Assembly (NCBI RefSeq): GCF_006345805.1
Contig: NC_043000.1
Location: 141,174,001 to 141,238,000, forward strand
Direction of reading: 5' to 3'
DNA length: 64,000 nucleotides
Source of the DNA: Octopus sinensis
Lineage: Eukaryota
Each line of letters opens with the position of its first letter. Position 1 is the first letter of the stretch. Positions 1-11,905 of this stretch are shown here, piece by piece. A program made the translations under genes and the position numbers. The notes under the pieces are model-generated. The model had not been told where the DNA came from, ran no database searches, and saw nothing but the letters and a program-made list of their open reading frames with translations.

Positions 1-112
1 TATTTTGGCCTGTAATATTACTAAATGATTTGCAAATATTTTATTTTATTTAGTTTCAGCTCACAAGCTGTGGCCATGCTGGGGCACCGCCATTTGGTGT
101 TGCTACATGGTT

Positions 113-330
113 TTACTTCAAGAATGTTTTTTTAACAACTGCCATTTGGTGCATGAGAGAGTTCGATGCAGCTGCCCTCATCTGCACCTCCTGCCATGAA
201 GTTGGTTCATCTGGGACACCTGACAAGAAGAAATCCATTTTCATTTTAAAGACATCTGCATCCACCCCATGCAGGTCTCTTAGGTTCTTTGGGAGGATAT
301 TGAAGAGCTGTGGGCCTCGGAAGTCCAAAT
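113..330 (-). mobile_element. CR1/L2-type LINE, 3' end of RT ORF (fragment)
   Basis: Translation LFNILPKNLRDLHGVDADVFKMKMDFFLSGVPDEP resembles the C-terminal 'lfN.LP....v...s...FK..LD.fl..vPD.P' tail of CR1/L2 ORF2; no RT core present. Confidence 0.6.
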
Positions 331-1250
331 AGAATAAAAACAGAAAATATTTTTTAAAATTAGGGCAATTAAAACATATATCCATTACCCCATTTGTTCC
401 CAGGACCCATATAAAATTTTCCACTCCTCCGCAAAGGGCACTACTGTCACTTTCAAAAATATTCCTTTATTAGTGATCATGTATATATGTGTGAATCTGT
501 GCATGTGTGTGCATATCATTAAATATACATGCAATTGTGTGTTCATGTTCCATCCAAGAGAATCTTTGGAGTGTTTTGCAAATATTTCTAAGTATGTATG
601 AATGTCTGTATGAATTTATACACATATACATGTATATTTGATTGTATGTGTAATACTTTCAGGCAAAGTGAATTATATTGTTGTTGTTAACTGCAACTGG
701 TTTGTCCTGTTTGAACAGCCCTGTTATCGAAGGCATTTCAAGTGAGATCATCTTTTCAGGTAATGTTTATCTTAGGTTACATTATTCAATATATCCTTTA
801 TTTTTAAAATAATAGTAAAGAGAGTTACGATAAATTTGGCTAGTGTTTCATTGGCTCATAATACGTAGTTTATAATCATATAAGCCTTGCCTAAAGCACT
901 CCAAGACCCTTTGGAGCCATAGGGGTAACCATCATGAAATACATTGTTCCGGGCAATCTTTAGACATAGTGGAACCCATCCCTTTCTAATCCTATGTACA
1001 GCAATTTTCTACAAGACAGTGTGTGTTTGTGTGTTTGTGTGTGTGTGTGTGGGAGAGAGAGAAGGAAGAGGGAAAAAGGGAGAGAAAGGCAGAGAGACAG
1101 AGACAGTGAGAAAGAGGGAAAAATCAACTACAAGAATAGGACTGGTAATTTATTATGTCTAAAAAGGATAAAAGGCAAAGTTTGGCCGTGTTTGAACTTA
1201 TTAGAAAGCTTGCAAAAGAGATTCTCTCTCTCTCTCTCTCTCTCTAAGGA

Positions 1251-1445
1251 GATGAGCTGGCAGAAACGTTAGCATGCCAGGCAAAATGCTTAGCAGTATT
1301 TCATCTGTCTTTACGTTCTGAGATCAAATTCTGCCTTTCATCCTTTCAAGGTCGATAGATTAAGTACCAGTTGTATACTTTGGTTGATCTAATTGACTGG
1401 CCCCCTCCCCAAAAATTTCGGGCCTTGTGCCTAGAATAGAAAAGA
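1251..1445 (+). mobile_element. tRNA-type SINE, family B (gagctggcagaaacgttagc... head)
   Basis: Same head and ttgcctttcatcc...gtcgat...taagtaccagt body as copies at 31826, 36108, 42969 and 56334. Confidence 0.75.
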
Positions 1446-2377
1446 AATTCTCTGACACTACAACAAGACAGCCAATCTGTTGCTTTATAACTGTATATCT
1501 GTGTAGAATGTGATGGAAATGACCGTGTCTGTATATGTGAGGGTATGTGAGTGAGTATATGTGTATGTGTGTGTGCATATGAACATACATGTGTGTGTGT
1601 GTGTGCATATGAACATACATGTGTGTATGTGTGTGTGTATATATGTGTGTGTGTGTGTGTAAACATGGGTGTATGTACATGTGTTCTATGTGTATATATT
1701 TTTTGCTTGTAATAAATGTCTATCACCACAATAGGTTTAAATGTAAAATTTTCATGATGCAAACTTTTGTCGAAGTGAAGATAACAATTATATTTAAACA
1801 CATTTTTAACTCTTGTTAAACTATCCCCAATCTGGTTTTCTTTGAACATCACTGACTTCCAAGAAAATTCTGTAAAAAAGCTAATTTAGAATGCCAATTT
1901 AATATTAATTAATGAGGTCTTTTAATGATAGTTCCTTTTATCTTGTAATTTTTTTTAAAAAAAATATTAACATGCTTACTAAATTGTTTTGATGTAAAAA
2001 AAAAATGCAAGAACGTATATATCATATGAAAATCGATAGGAAAAAGGATTGGATACTATATTTCAAGACAATTATCCTTGGCTTTATATAATAAAAGAAA
2101 AACTGAGTACATGTGTGAGTATGTGTGTGTGTTTGTGTGTGTTGTTAACTATGAGCAAACATACTTAGATGCAGTGAGTCCAGAATAATTAGTGATCAAT
2201 TATAATTACACTCATAATGAAAAGAAAATAATTAGTGATAAAGATAATTCTTGTTAAAAAACAGCAAGAGAGATAACTTATAAATCAAAATTAAATCCGA
2301 ATTAATTAAAAATTAAATGTACTCGCATGACAAGGAGTGAGTTTATATATATGTGCGTGTGTACATAAATAGTAGAT

Positions 2378-2848
2378 AGACAATGTGCTTTTTGTGGCTA
2401 TAATGGTCTTTGACTTCTGTTTCTAGCAATGTAGGTGCTACCCTGCCCTCTCAGTCCCTGTTAGTGACAATTGAATTTTTTTCATTTTTGGTTTTATATT
2501 GCATTTAGCCACGTTTATTATTTCATAATTTTCACATTACCATTTTACTGGTGGTCCACTGATTTATATGGTAAATGCTATATACAGACAGGTAGGATTT
2601 AGCTTAACCATAAGTGATGGAGTAGTCACCAATGATGTTCTTTGATTCCAAGTGAAACTAGCTTGCTAGTACAGTAATCTTTTTTGCTGTACAATGGCTG
2701 TCTCACCTGTAAGACACAGACAATGTGCTTTTTGTGGCTATAAGGTTCTTTGACTCCTGGTTCTAGCAATGTAGGCGCTACACTGCACCCTCAGTCACTA
2801 TTAGTGAGAATTGAATTTTTCCTTTTTGATTTTATATTGTGCCTAGCT
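2378..2848 (+). repeat. Dispersed direct repeat of about 130 bp, period 340 bp
   Basis: agacaatgtgctttttgtggctata...ttgaatttt...ttttatattg occurs at 2378-2510 and 2718-2848 with scattered substitutions. Confidence 0.85.
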
Positions 2849-2914
2849 ACCTGCATTAATCTTTCTATCTATCTATCTATATATATATAATATATATATA
2901 TATATATGTATATA

Positions 2915-3388
2915 TCAATAATAAAAGTGTAAAATCAATTAATTATTAATTAATTTCACCAAGTAGTGTTCAGTATGTAAAAGGACCATTCAAGGTATAT
3001 TTAAAATATTACGCTATATAATTAGGGCTCAGTAAAATAATTTACTTTACCAAACACTAAAACTTTTAGAAATAGCAGCCAAAAAGTGTTTTTAGCTATT
3101 TCTTCTACTATAAGAAAAGTCTCCCAGATAGTGTTTACTCAAAAATAATTCACGCAGATATGGAGGGAAAAGTAACAAATTATCACATGTACAAAGATCA
3201 TTTGAGAACGTTACGTTTCTGGATTAGTTGAATTTGAAACTCAACACTTCCTTCGTCTGCTCAACATTTCTTATATTTGGATTTGAGAGCACTAAAAATC
3301 GAACATACCCATCTGATATGAGTATTCTCAGACAAACCATCCTCAACTGCCAGTAAATTATTTTACTGAGCCCTAATTATACAACGTA

Positions 3389-3396
<8 letters not shown>
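2915..3396 (-). mobile_element. (TA)n-embedded PLE-derived repeat with 44-bp inverted repeats and a hammerhead-like fold
   Basis: Inverted repeat 3003-3046 / 3353-3396 (2 mismatches); (TA)n on both sides; hammerhead-like fold at 3202-3264 on the minus strand. Confidence 0.55.
3202..3264 (-). ncRNA. Type I hammerhead ribozyme-like motif (U4 to A variant)
   Basis: Minus strand: TTGAG-CAGACGA-A-GGA..long stem II..TCC-A-GAAAC-G-TAA-C-GTT-CTCAA. Stem I TTGAG/CTCAA, stem III ACG/CGT, cleavage triplet GUU. Confidence 0.5.
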
Positions 3397-3425
<29 letters not shown>

Positions 3426-3828
3426 CAAAAGAGGGGGTGGTGTTGCCATGCAGGAAAAAATATAGGAAAATGTGTTGTTGAAAATTCACCTAAATTTCAA
3501 AAACTCATAAATGTTTAAAATACTTTTATTTACATATATATCAATTGCTATCAACAATATTTTTTGTTTATCAATGGTAAACAGTTTAAAATTAGAAAAA
3601 CATCTTTAAAAGTTTCAATGTTGACAAATTAAAATGTTTCAATGTTGATAAATTAACATGTTCAAAACAGAAGGTGTAAGTTTGAATGTTCATAGCAGTC
3701 AAAGTTAAAACTGTATATCAGTTTGTTTGAATGTACAAAGTTCATTAATTTCAGTGGTGTCGGCAAGTCATACTGAAAAAAATAAGTGTGAAATGTAAAT
3801 AATTAAAAAAAAAGGGAATCTGGTTTAA

Positions 3829-3944
3829 AGTTTCTCTGATCCTCTTCTAATAGACACTTTTGCTTGTAGTGGTATGTTTTGGGATTGATCCCAAAACATA
3901 CCACTACAAGCAAAAGTGTCTATTAGAAGAGGATCAGAGAAACT
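3829..3944. repeat. Perfect palindrome, 57-bp arms, 2-nt loop (imperfect extension about 3791-3981)
   Basis: agtttctctgatcc...ttttgggat-tg-atcccaaaa...ggatcagagaaact; the arms are exact reverse complements. Confidence 0.95.
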
Positions 3945-3999
3945 GTAAACCAATTCCCTTTTTTTGACTATTTTCATTTTGTTCCACCAGGGTTTGCAG

Positions 4000-4388
4000 G
4001 ACGCTCAACAGATCAAGCAGGACAAGGCTCATCTTCTAGGTTGTAGCTTCCAGCTTGGAATTTTGGGATCCACTGTTGACATTGGCTTATGTTTATCGTC
4101 CAATCCCCATACACTGCATTAATATTCCTTGCACTTTTCATTGCATTGTGACCTTTGTTGAACTCATGAAGCAAAATATGCCAAATATGCTCCTTTGTCA
4201 CTTCCATTATAGCTTTGAAAAAATAGCTGTTTAAATCAAAATGCACTCTTCAAAACTTGCCTAAATAAATACAAGGTAAAATTACTACCTGCTTTTATAA
4301 CAATTATGCAGTTATTTTCCTATCCCCCTCTGACTTTTTAGTTCATACAATTGAAAAAAACTGCCTTATTTATGCAATGATCCGATAT
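4000..4388 (-). mobile_element. Mariner transposon 5' fragment (transposase HTH)
   Basis: ORF 4013-4246: KEHIWHILLHEFNKGHNAMKSARNINAVYGD...WIPKFQAGSYNLEDEP is a typical mariner N-terminal HTH; TIR-like end near 4362-4388. Confidence 0.85.
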
Positions 4389-5469
4389 ACATATATATAT
4401 AAATAAAAGGTTTGAAAATGCAATTTTAAAGATGATTATTGACTTGACCAGTTTCACTTTTTTAGAAAAAGATTGTCAAAAGTAAATTGCAAAGCTTTGT
4501 ATAAACTTTGTTGTGTTGAGTACTGGTTACCACAAAAGTATCAAAATACAGTTATACATTCTTTGATAATAATAAGAATATGTTAAAAGCATTTACAAGG
4601 AATATTCAAGAATGTGACTACATAAGTAATTTGAGTTCAATACAAATCATATTTTGTTTGTATATTATTAATATATATATTATATAGTTAGAGACTAGAA
4701 TCACCCTCAATCAACTCATCATCATTGAATGACATTATCCACAATATGTACAAATAGGACTAAATATTAAAATGATCAAAATAATACCTTCAATCTTATT
4801 GCAAATCATGTACTTTACACACTCTTGAATATGCACATTTCATGCAACATATTCCTCAATATTGCTGAAATAGAATGTCTCTAACAATACCATATTAAAA
4901 TGGTTATATTGCCAATCTTCATGTCTAACTTCTATGAACTTAAAATAAGTTCATAGCTATTTACATCGAATATTAAGACATGACAGACTAAAATTATATA
5001 ATTAGAAGTTGTTGGAATAATTTTATTTTAGTAAACAATGAACAGAAATGTGGAATAAAAGTAGGAAAAAGAAATGTTAGTAAAAAGAAATGTTAACTTA
5101 TCTGTATGGTAATTTTCTCTCCATGAATTAAACATGGCTACCATCATTTGTATAATTCAAAATTGAGAGCTTCTTTGTAGGGGAGATAATTCTTATTAAC
5201 ATTCAAAAGTTCTTCAATGGTATTTTCTTATATTTATAGTAATAATAAATCAGGAGAAGCCAGAAGTGCATGATGGGAATAGGCTAATTATTTTTTTCTG
5301 ATTCATTTAATTTATTTTTATGTTAACTTTGATAAATAATAAATTTCTAGGCCGGTAAATTAAATTACTCGAAATATAATTTTAAAATAATTAAAAATAT
5401 TTTGAACTAAGTAAAAGACAGTAAAATTAATAAAAATCAGTAAAAATCTAATTTTTAAAATTATTTTTA

Positions 5470-6420
5470 TAATTATAATACGTGAGTGTGAGTGTCTCTG
5501 TCTGAGTATGTTTGGGTTGTTATAATTGTCCTGGTGGTGTGTGTGTGAGCAAGCATATGTGTGTGTGAGGGTGCATATGTATGTCTATGTGGGTACGTGT
5601 GGGTGTGTATGTGTGTGAGAGTGTGTTGTATTTATCAGATGTTCTGTGTGTGTTGAGTTTATCCAGGTGGTGTGTATGTGTGTGCATGTTGGTACTGAGT
5701 ATTTGTGTGTGTATATATGTGGGTATGGTTCATGTAGTTTCTGGGTGTGTGTGCACATGTGTGTGTGTGTGTGCTGTATTTGTGTGCGCTGTATTTGTGA
5801 GCAGTTTGTTTTGTTTGTATTGTTAGTGCAGTGTGTGTATACATGTTTGTAAGTGTGTCTATGTGACTTGTATTTGTTGTGGAGGTGTGTGTCATTGTGC
5901 GTGTGCATGCTTGTGTGTATGTCTGTGTTTGTGAGTGTTTGTTGGGATTGTATTGTCTGTATACATGTGTGTTTTTTCTTTGAGCGTGTGTGTGTGATAT
6001 TTTCCTGGTGAACGGGCATATTGTGTTTGTGTGTGTGTATACATAAGTGTACATATATGCATGTGTGTGTGTGATTTTTGTTGAATTTGCATGTTTGTGT
6101 GTGTATATCTGTGTATCTGTGGGTGTGTTTGTGTAAGTGTGATTTGTAATTGTCAGGGTGGTGTGTGTAAGTGTGTGCATGTACATGTTTACGTATCTTT
6201 GTATGTGTGAGTGAGTGTTGGTTATGGTTGCTAGAATCGTATTGCAAGTGTATATATGTACGTGTTTTTTCTTGGAATGTGTGTGGGTTTGTGCTCAAGT
6301 GTGGGAATATGGTGTTTGTGCGTGTGTGTATTTGTAAGTGTGTGTGCTTGCATGGGAGGTTGTGTGTGTGATTTTGTACATCTGTATGTGTTTGTTGTGG
6401 GTGTGTACCTGGGGGTATGT
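5470..6420. repeat. Degenerate GT-rich cryptic simple repeat (about 950 bp)
   Basis: Continuous gtgt/gtat variants; the overlapping ORFs are H/T- or C/V-rich artefacts. Confidence 0.9.
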
Positions 6421-6544
6421 TAGAGTATGTCGAGTTGTGGTCTGTATTTTTGGATAAGATTGTTTTTCCTATTTATTCGTGTTTGGTCAGTGGCGTTGTC
6501 TGGGCATTGGTGTAGTGGGAAAACTAGGAAAATTATATATATAC

Positions 6545-7620
6545 ACACGGAACACCTCCGTGACATCCGCCTTGCCAATGACACACCGGTCTCACGCCAT
6601 TTCCGCTCCACCAGTCACTCCTTGCAACACCTGTCTGTGTTCGGATTGTCCTTGCACAGAGGCCATCCGGATTCCCGTTTGCACCGTGAACAGGGATTAA
6701 TCTTCTCTCTTCGCTCTTTTACGACATTAAAAGGGGTGTTTGGGTGGGGGTACAAAGTCTTGCCCAGTTTTGTGGCTTTCTTACTTGTCTTCAGTCCTTC
6801 ATCTTTTCACCCCTACTCTCTTTCCGCCATCTTCTTTCCTCTTTCTTCTTCCCTCTTCCCCTTCTCTCTTTCTCTCTGCTCCCTCACTCCCCTCTCTCCC
6901 CTCCCCTCCTCTTCTCATCTCCTTCCTTCTCCCCTCTCCCCCTCCCTCTCCTTCCCCCTTCCTCCTTCCCCTTCTCCTCTCTCCCCTCCCCTTCATCTCT
7001 TCTCCTCCCCTCTCCCCCTCGTTTCCTCTCCCCCCTCCCCCTCATCTCTCTTCCCTCCTCCACTCCTCTCTCTTCTCTCCCCCTTTCGCTCTCCCCACAC
7101 CCCAGCCGAACGCACACCCCACATGGGCTTTCCCCACCTCCCACCACACTACACTACACTACACCATACGACATTACACATCACATCATACATACATAAT
7201 CACGTCCAGACCTTTCACATGCACATACATACTCTCTCATACACACACGCACCCTTATGTTGGGGCGAGGTCATTTGACCCTGTTATCTCCCCTACTATC
7301 CCTCTTGCGTCTAACGTCTGATCTCTGACTTCTGGCCGAAATCAGACCGCCATGTTGAATCGTTAGCTCCTGCACGCATTTTTTTTCTCTCCTTGTTTCT
7401 CTCTGTGTTTCTTTTCTGTGTATCTTTCTGTTGAAGAGCGTAGGCTCGAAACGTAAAAGACTTGTTTTATTTCTATTCCTGAGCACCATACTAATACAAT
7501 TGTTTGTTTGTACTCCACCTGCCTTCGTCTTTTGTCTATTGTTTATTTTCGTAAACCTTCCCGTTATACATATATATACATACATACATACATATATTCT
7601 CCCTTTCTCTCTTCTGTGAC
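6545..7620 (+). mobile_element. Penelope-like element 3' end: GIY-YIG endonuclease C-terminal remnant, pyrimidine tract, CA-rich segment and hammerhead-like motif
   Basis: EHLRDIRLANDTPVSRHFRSTSHSLQHLSVFGLSLHRGHPDSRLHREQGLIFSL matches the PLE GIY-YIG pattern EH..I....pVa.HF...H..d..v.g......R..rE..I..L. A homologous 3' region lies at 38230-38660. Ends in (TA)n. Confidence 0.8.
7423..7460 (+). ncRNA. Minimal type I hammerhead-like motif of PLE type (A6 to U variant)
   Basis: TCTTT-CTGTTGA-A-GAGC-gtag-GCTC-GAAAC-GTA-AAAGA. Stem I 5 bp, stem II 4 bp, loopless stem III with the palindrome ACGT. Confidence 0.6.
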
Positions 7621-7661
7621 TGTTTTCTGTTTCTCCCATTCTCTCACTCTCTTTCTTTGTA

Positions 7662-7742
<81 letters not shown>

Positions 7743-7934
7743 CATATATATATACAACTTATAAACAAGGGGAAAATAAAAAAATTCTAATGCCAAATAT
7801 GCCGAAAATAGACTTAAATCGTCAATAACCACATAGAGTTCATCACTATAAACATGCAACTTGAAGCAAGCCAACAGAAATTTCTAAAATATTCTGTTAT
7901 TACCGAATCGGCCTGATTTCTGATTTAATTCATA

Positions 7935-8200
7935 CTATAGCCTCGGGCCGACCAAAGCCTTCTGAGTAGATTTGGTAGATGGAAACTGAAAGAAGCCTAT
8001 TTTATGTATGTGTCTGTGTTTGTGTGTCTGTGTTTGTCTCCTCCCCCCAGTATTGCTTGACAACTGATGTTGGTGTGTCAACACCCCCAAAACTTAGCAG
8101 TTCAGCAAAATAGACTGATCGAATAAGTACTAGGCTTACAAAGAATAAGTCCTGGCTGCAGTCAAATGTCTGAAACAAATAAAAGAATGAAAGAATAAAA
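7935..8200 (+). mobile_element. tRNA-type SINE family A, 5'-truncated
   Basis: tagcctcgggccgaccaaagcc...tgaaacaaataaaag matches the full copy at 9230-9644. Confidence 0.8.
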
Positions 8201-8251
8201 GATATATGTATATGTGTGTGTGTATCTATACATATACATATGCATGTATGT

Positions 8252-8284
<33 letters not shown>

Positions 8285-9229
8285 TTCGAACGTAGAGTAG
8301 ATGAAACCATAGCGACTGAAGAAGAGGTTTGTTTTTTCTTTGTGTTAATTGTCCTGTACTCTATTTTTTTGTTGTTTTTAAAAAATGTCCTGTTCCTTTT
8401 GGTTTGTGTCTATGTTTTTGGTTTTCTTTTGTGTTCGACGTCCCTTTGGTGTCCTGTACTCATATGGCGTGTAATGTACATGTAGAGGTACGTACGTACA
8501 TATATGTTTATATATATGCATATGTTTTATTTCATTTATTAATATATATATATATATACACACACACATGTATATTTATGAATATATAAATTTTGCATGT
8601 GTATAAAATGAGATAGAATTTGTTTCCATTTGTGTATCTGTAAATAATAGAAATATAAGTTGTTAGATTTCGCTTACTCCTTGACAAGAATTCGAATATA
8701 TAGGAAATTGATTTTGTTGTGTTGTTGTATATTCTTAGTAAATTCCCTTTGAAATATGATTTCCAAAGATGATCTTAGTGGCCATTGCAATGTTTCAATT
8801 AATATCTTCGAATTGCTTGTCAAAGTTGTTGTTGCTATTGGATAAACTTGCTTTATAAGAACATCTTTGATGCATTACTCCTTACGTTCAAATATCATCG
8901 AGGTTGAGATTGCCTTTCATCACAGCAAGGATGAAAAAAAAAATTCATTACTTTTATTATTGGGGCTGGTGTCTGAGTTGTTGTCAAGAGTGTTATGAAA
9001 TGACAGAGGCCAGCTTAAATGCCTTTGCAGAATTGTTAGCACTTCAGCATCAGACAAATGCTTTGTAGTATCTAATGATGGCCCTTACGTTCTAAGTTCA
9101 AATCCCACCAATTCTTCTAATAAGTTTCTTCTGTATAAAATTTGTGCCTATGTAATAAATCATTATTTAATTCTGTTTCCCTCCATTCTTAGCTCAAATT
9201 TATCTGAGATCATTTATTCCATTATTCAC

Positions 9230-9392
9230 AGGCGCAACAGTGGCTGTGTGGTAAGTAGCTTGCTTACCAACCATATGGTTCCGGGTTCAGTCCCACTGCG
9301 TGGCATCTTGGGCAAGTGTCTTCTGCTATAGCCCCGGGCCGACCAATGCCTTGTGAGTGGATTTGGTAGACGGAAACTGAAAGAAGCCTGTC

Positions 9393-9434
<42 letters not shown>

Positions 9435-9644
9435 TGTGTGTGTAGTGTTTTGTCCCCCTAGCATTGCTTGACAACCGATGCTGGTGTGTTTACGTCCCCG
9501 TCTCTTAGCGGTTCGGCAAAAAGGACGGTAGAAAAAGTACTGGGCTTACAAAGAATTAAGTCCCGGGGTCGATATGCTCGACTAAAGGTGGTGCTCCAGC
9601 ATGGCCACAGTCAAATGACTGAAACAAGTAAAAGAGTAAAAGAG
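9230..9644 (+). mobile_element. tRNA-type SINE family A, full length
   Basis: Head ggcgca..agtggctgtgtggtaag (A box-like) and ggttcagtccc (B box-like), internal (TA)n/(TG)n, 3' gaaacaagtaaaagag; at least six further copies in the window. Confidence 0.85.
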
Positions 9645-9873
9645 TATCTCAATGAGATGCCTCTCGGTAATATGCTTATCAATTCTAGTCATTAAGAATT
9701 ATCTTTATTTCTATATTACAGGTGCACTCACGGCTACATAAGATGCTCAGTTTGTAACCTAACCATGTGGTTAGGGGTTCAATCCCACTTCATGACATCA
9801 TGGGCAAATGAATTTTTCATTAGCCCTGATTGTGAGGGTATCTGGTGGATGGAAACTGAGTGAAAGCCCATCT

Positions 9874-9904
<31 letters not shown>

Positions 9905-10689
9905 GCAGACACACACAAGAAGACACACACACAAGCAGACACATATACACAAACAGACAGACACACTCAAACACAAATGCAATAGAATTGGAAATACGAA
10001 GTCCCTGGTGCAGGGACTCTATGTGTGTTAACCTCCTCCCTGGCTAACAACCAGTGTTGGTTTGTTTACATTCCTGTAATTCAACCATGGAGACTTGCAG
10101 GGATGCATATATGTACTTTGCAAAGGAAGACAGAATTTGCATCTGGGCATATTTCTACACACCCCTATGAACACAGCAAAATTTTAGAGGCAACATTGCT
10201 CCCTATCCAATGCCCTTATTTGGCTTATAACAATTTAATAAGATCTGTGTGTGTATGTATGTGTGTATATGTGTGTGTATGTATGTGTGTGCATCTGTGT
10301 GTGTGTATGTATGTGTGTGTGCATATGTGTTTGTGTGCGTGTGTGTATGTGCATGTGCATATGTGTGTATGCATGTGTGCAGGTGTTTGTTTGCACATGT
10401 GTGTGTAAATGTGTGTGTGTGTATGCATGTATGTGTGTGTGCGTGTGTGCATGTGTGTGAGTGTGTATGTGTGTACAATATAAAGGTAACACTGATTGGA
10501 TGGAAGTGCAAAAATTGGAAAGAAATGAGGCGAATAAGCTCCACAAGATGTATTTATTCTGTTGGTGTCAATGAACGATGAAACAGAAATTAGCTGAGAT
10601 AAAAACTGGATGATAGACGCTTTGGGCTGTTGTGTGTTCATGAAACACTATACTGGTACAGGTATGTGCTGCAAGCAGTGATTATGATG

Positions 10690-11250
10690 GTGATGGTTGA
10701 GGACAACAACAGGGACGACGAAGAAGAAGAAGAAGGAGAAGAAGAAGAAGTAGAAGCAGAAGTAGAAGAAGAAGATGAAGAAGTAGAAGAAGAAGAAGAA
10801 GAAGAAGAAGAAGAAGAAGAAGAAGAAGACGAGAATAAGAAGAAGAAGGAGAAGAACAAGAAAAAGAAGAAGAAGAAGAAAAAGAGAGAAGATGACGAAT
10901 AAAAGAAGAAGAGGAGCAAGAAGAGGAGAAGAACGACTAAGAGAAGAAGAGAATATGATAGAAGAAAAGAAGAAGACGAAGAAAGAAGAAGAAGATGACG
11001 AAGAAGAAGAAGAAGAAAAGAGAAGCAGAAAAGAAAAATGACGAAGGAAGAAGAGAAGAATTACGAAGAAGAATGATTAAGTAGAAGGTGACGAAGAGAA
11101 TATGAATAAGAAGAAGAAGAAGATGACGAAGAAGAAGAAGAAGAAGAAGAAGAGAAGAAGAAGAAGAAGATGATGATGAAGAAAAAGAAAAGAAGAAGAA
11201 GAAGATGACGAAGAAGTGATGAAGAAGAAGAAGAAGATGACGAAGAAAAA
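10690..11250. repeat. Long interrupted (GAA)n trinucleotide tract
   Basis: gaagaagaa with gac/gat/gta interruptions over about 560 bp. Confidence 0.95.
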
Positions 11251-11444
11251 GATGAAGTTGTGTATTTGTTATTATGCTGATTACCAAATGGTTATGTAAA
11301 TTTTATTAAGTTATTTAATTACCTGTAGTTCCAATTTTATTTGTTTGACTTGCTAAAAATAGCAAACGAACCTTCGTAAAAATTACACTCTACCACTTTA
11401 AAAATGAGTGAGAATTATTAGATGATGCAGTCTCAGATGAACTC

Positions 11445-11622
11445 TCTCACTCCAAAAATGATGGTGTTTGGAAGGGCATCCAGCTGTAGAAACTCTGCCA
11501 AATCATGATTGGAGCCTGGTGCAGCCTTTCTGGTTCACCAGACCTCAGTCAACATCGTCCAACCCATGCTAGCATGGAAAGCGGACGTTAAATGATGATG
11601 ATGATGATGATGATGATAATGA

Positions 11623-11657
<35 letters not shown>

Positions 11658-11724
11658 TGGGTGGTGGTGGTGGTGGTGGTGGTGGTGGTGGTGGTGGTTG
11701 TGGTGATGATGATGGTGATGATGG

Positions 11725-11758
<34 letters not shown>

Positions 11759-11787
11759 ATGATGATGATGATGATGATGATGATTAT

Positions 11788-11828
<41 letters not shown>

Positions 11829-11905
11829 ATTGATGATGATGATGATGATGATGATGATGTTGATGATGATGATGATGATGATAATGATGATGATGATGAT
11901 GATGA
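11445..11905 (+). mobile_element. RTE LINE 3'-end fragment whose tail runs into about 300 bp of (GAT)n/(GGT)n
   Basis: gaagggcatccagctgtagaaac...catggaaagcggacgttaaa followed directly by (GAT)n; same sequence as the 3' end of the RTE at 59385. Confidence 0.85.

Noticed and set aside
5581-7321. Long ORFs of 150-280 aa
   Set aside because: They translate GT/CA and CT simple repeats; only the GIY-YIG stretch at 6545-6725 is meaningful.
8281-8500. CTGAAGA in a (TA)n-flanked repeat as another hammerhead
   Set aside because: No pairing stem II or GAAA strand follows.
9230-9310. tRNA gene calls at SINE heads
   Set aside because: The A/B-box-like heads continue into multicopy SINE bodies and no complete cloverleaf is evident.
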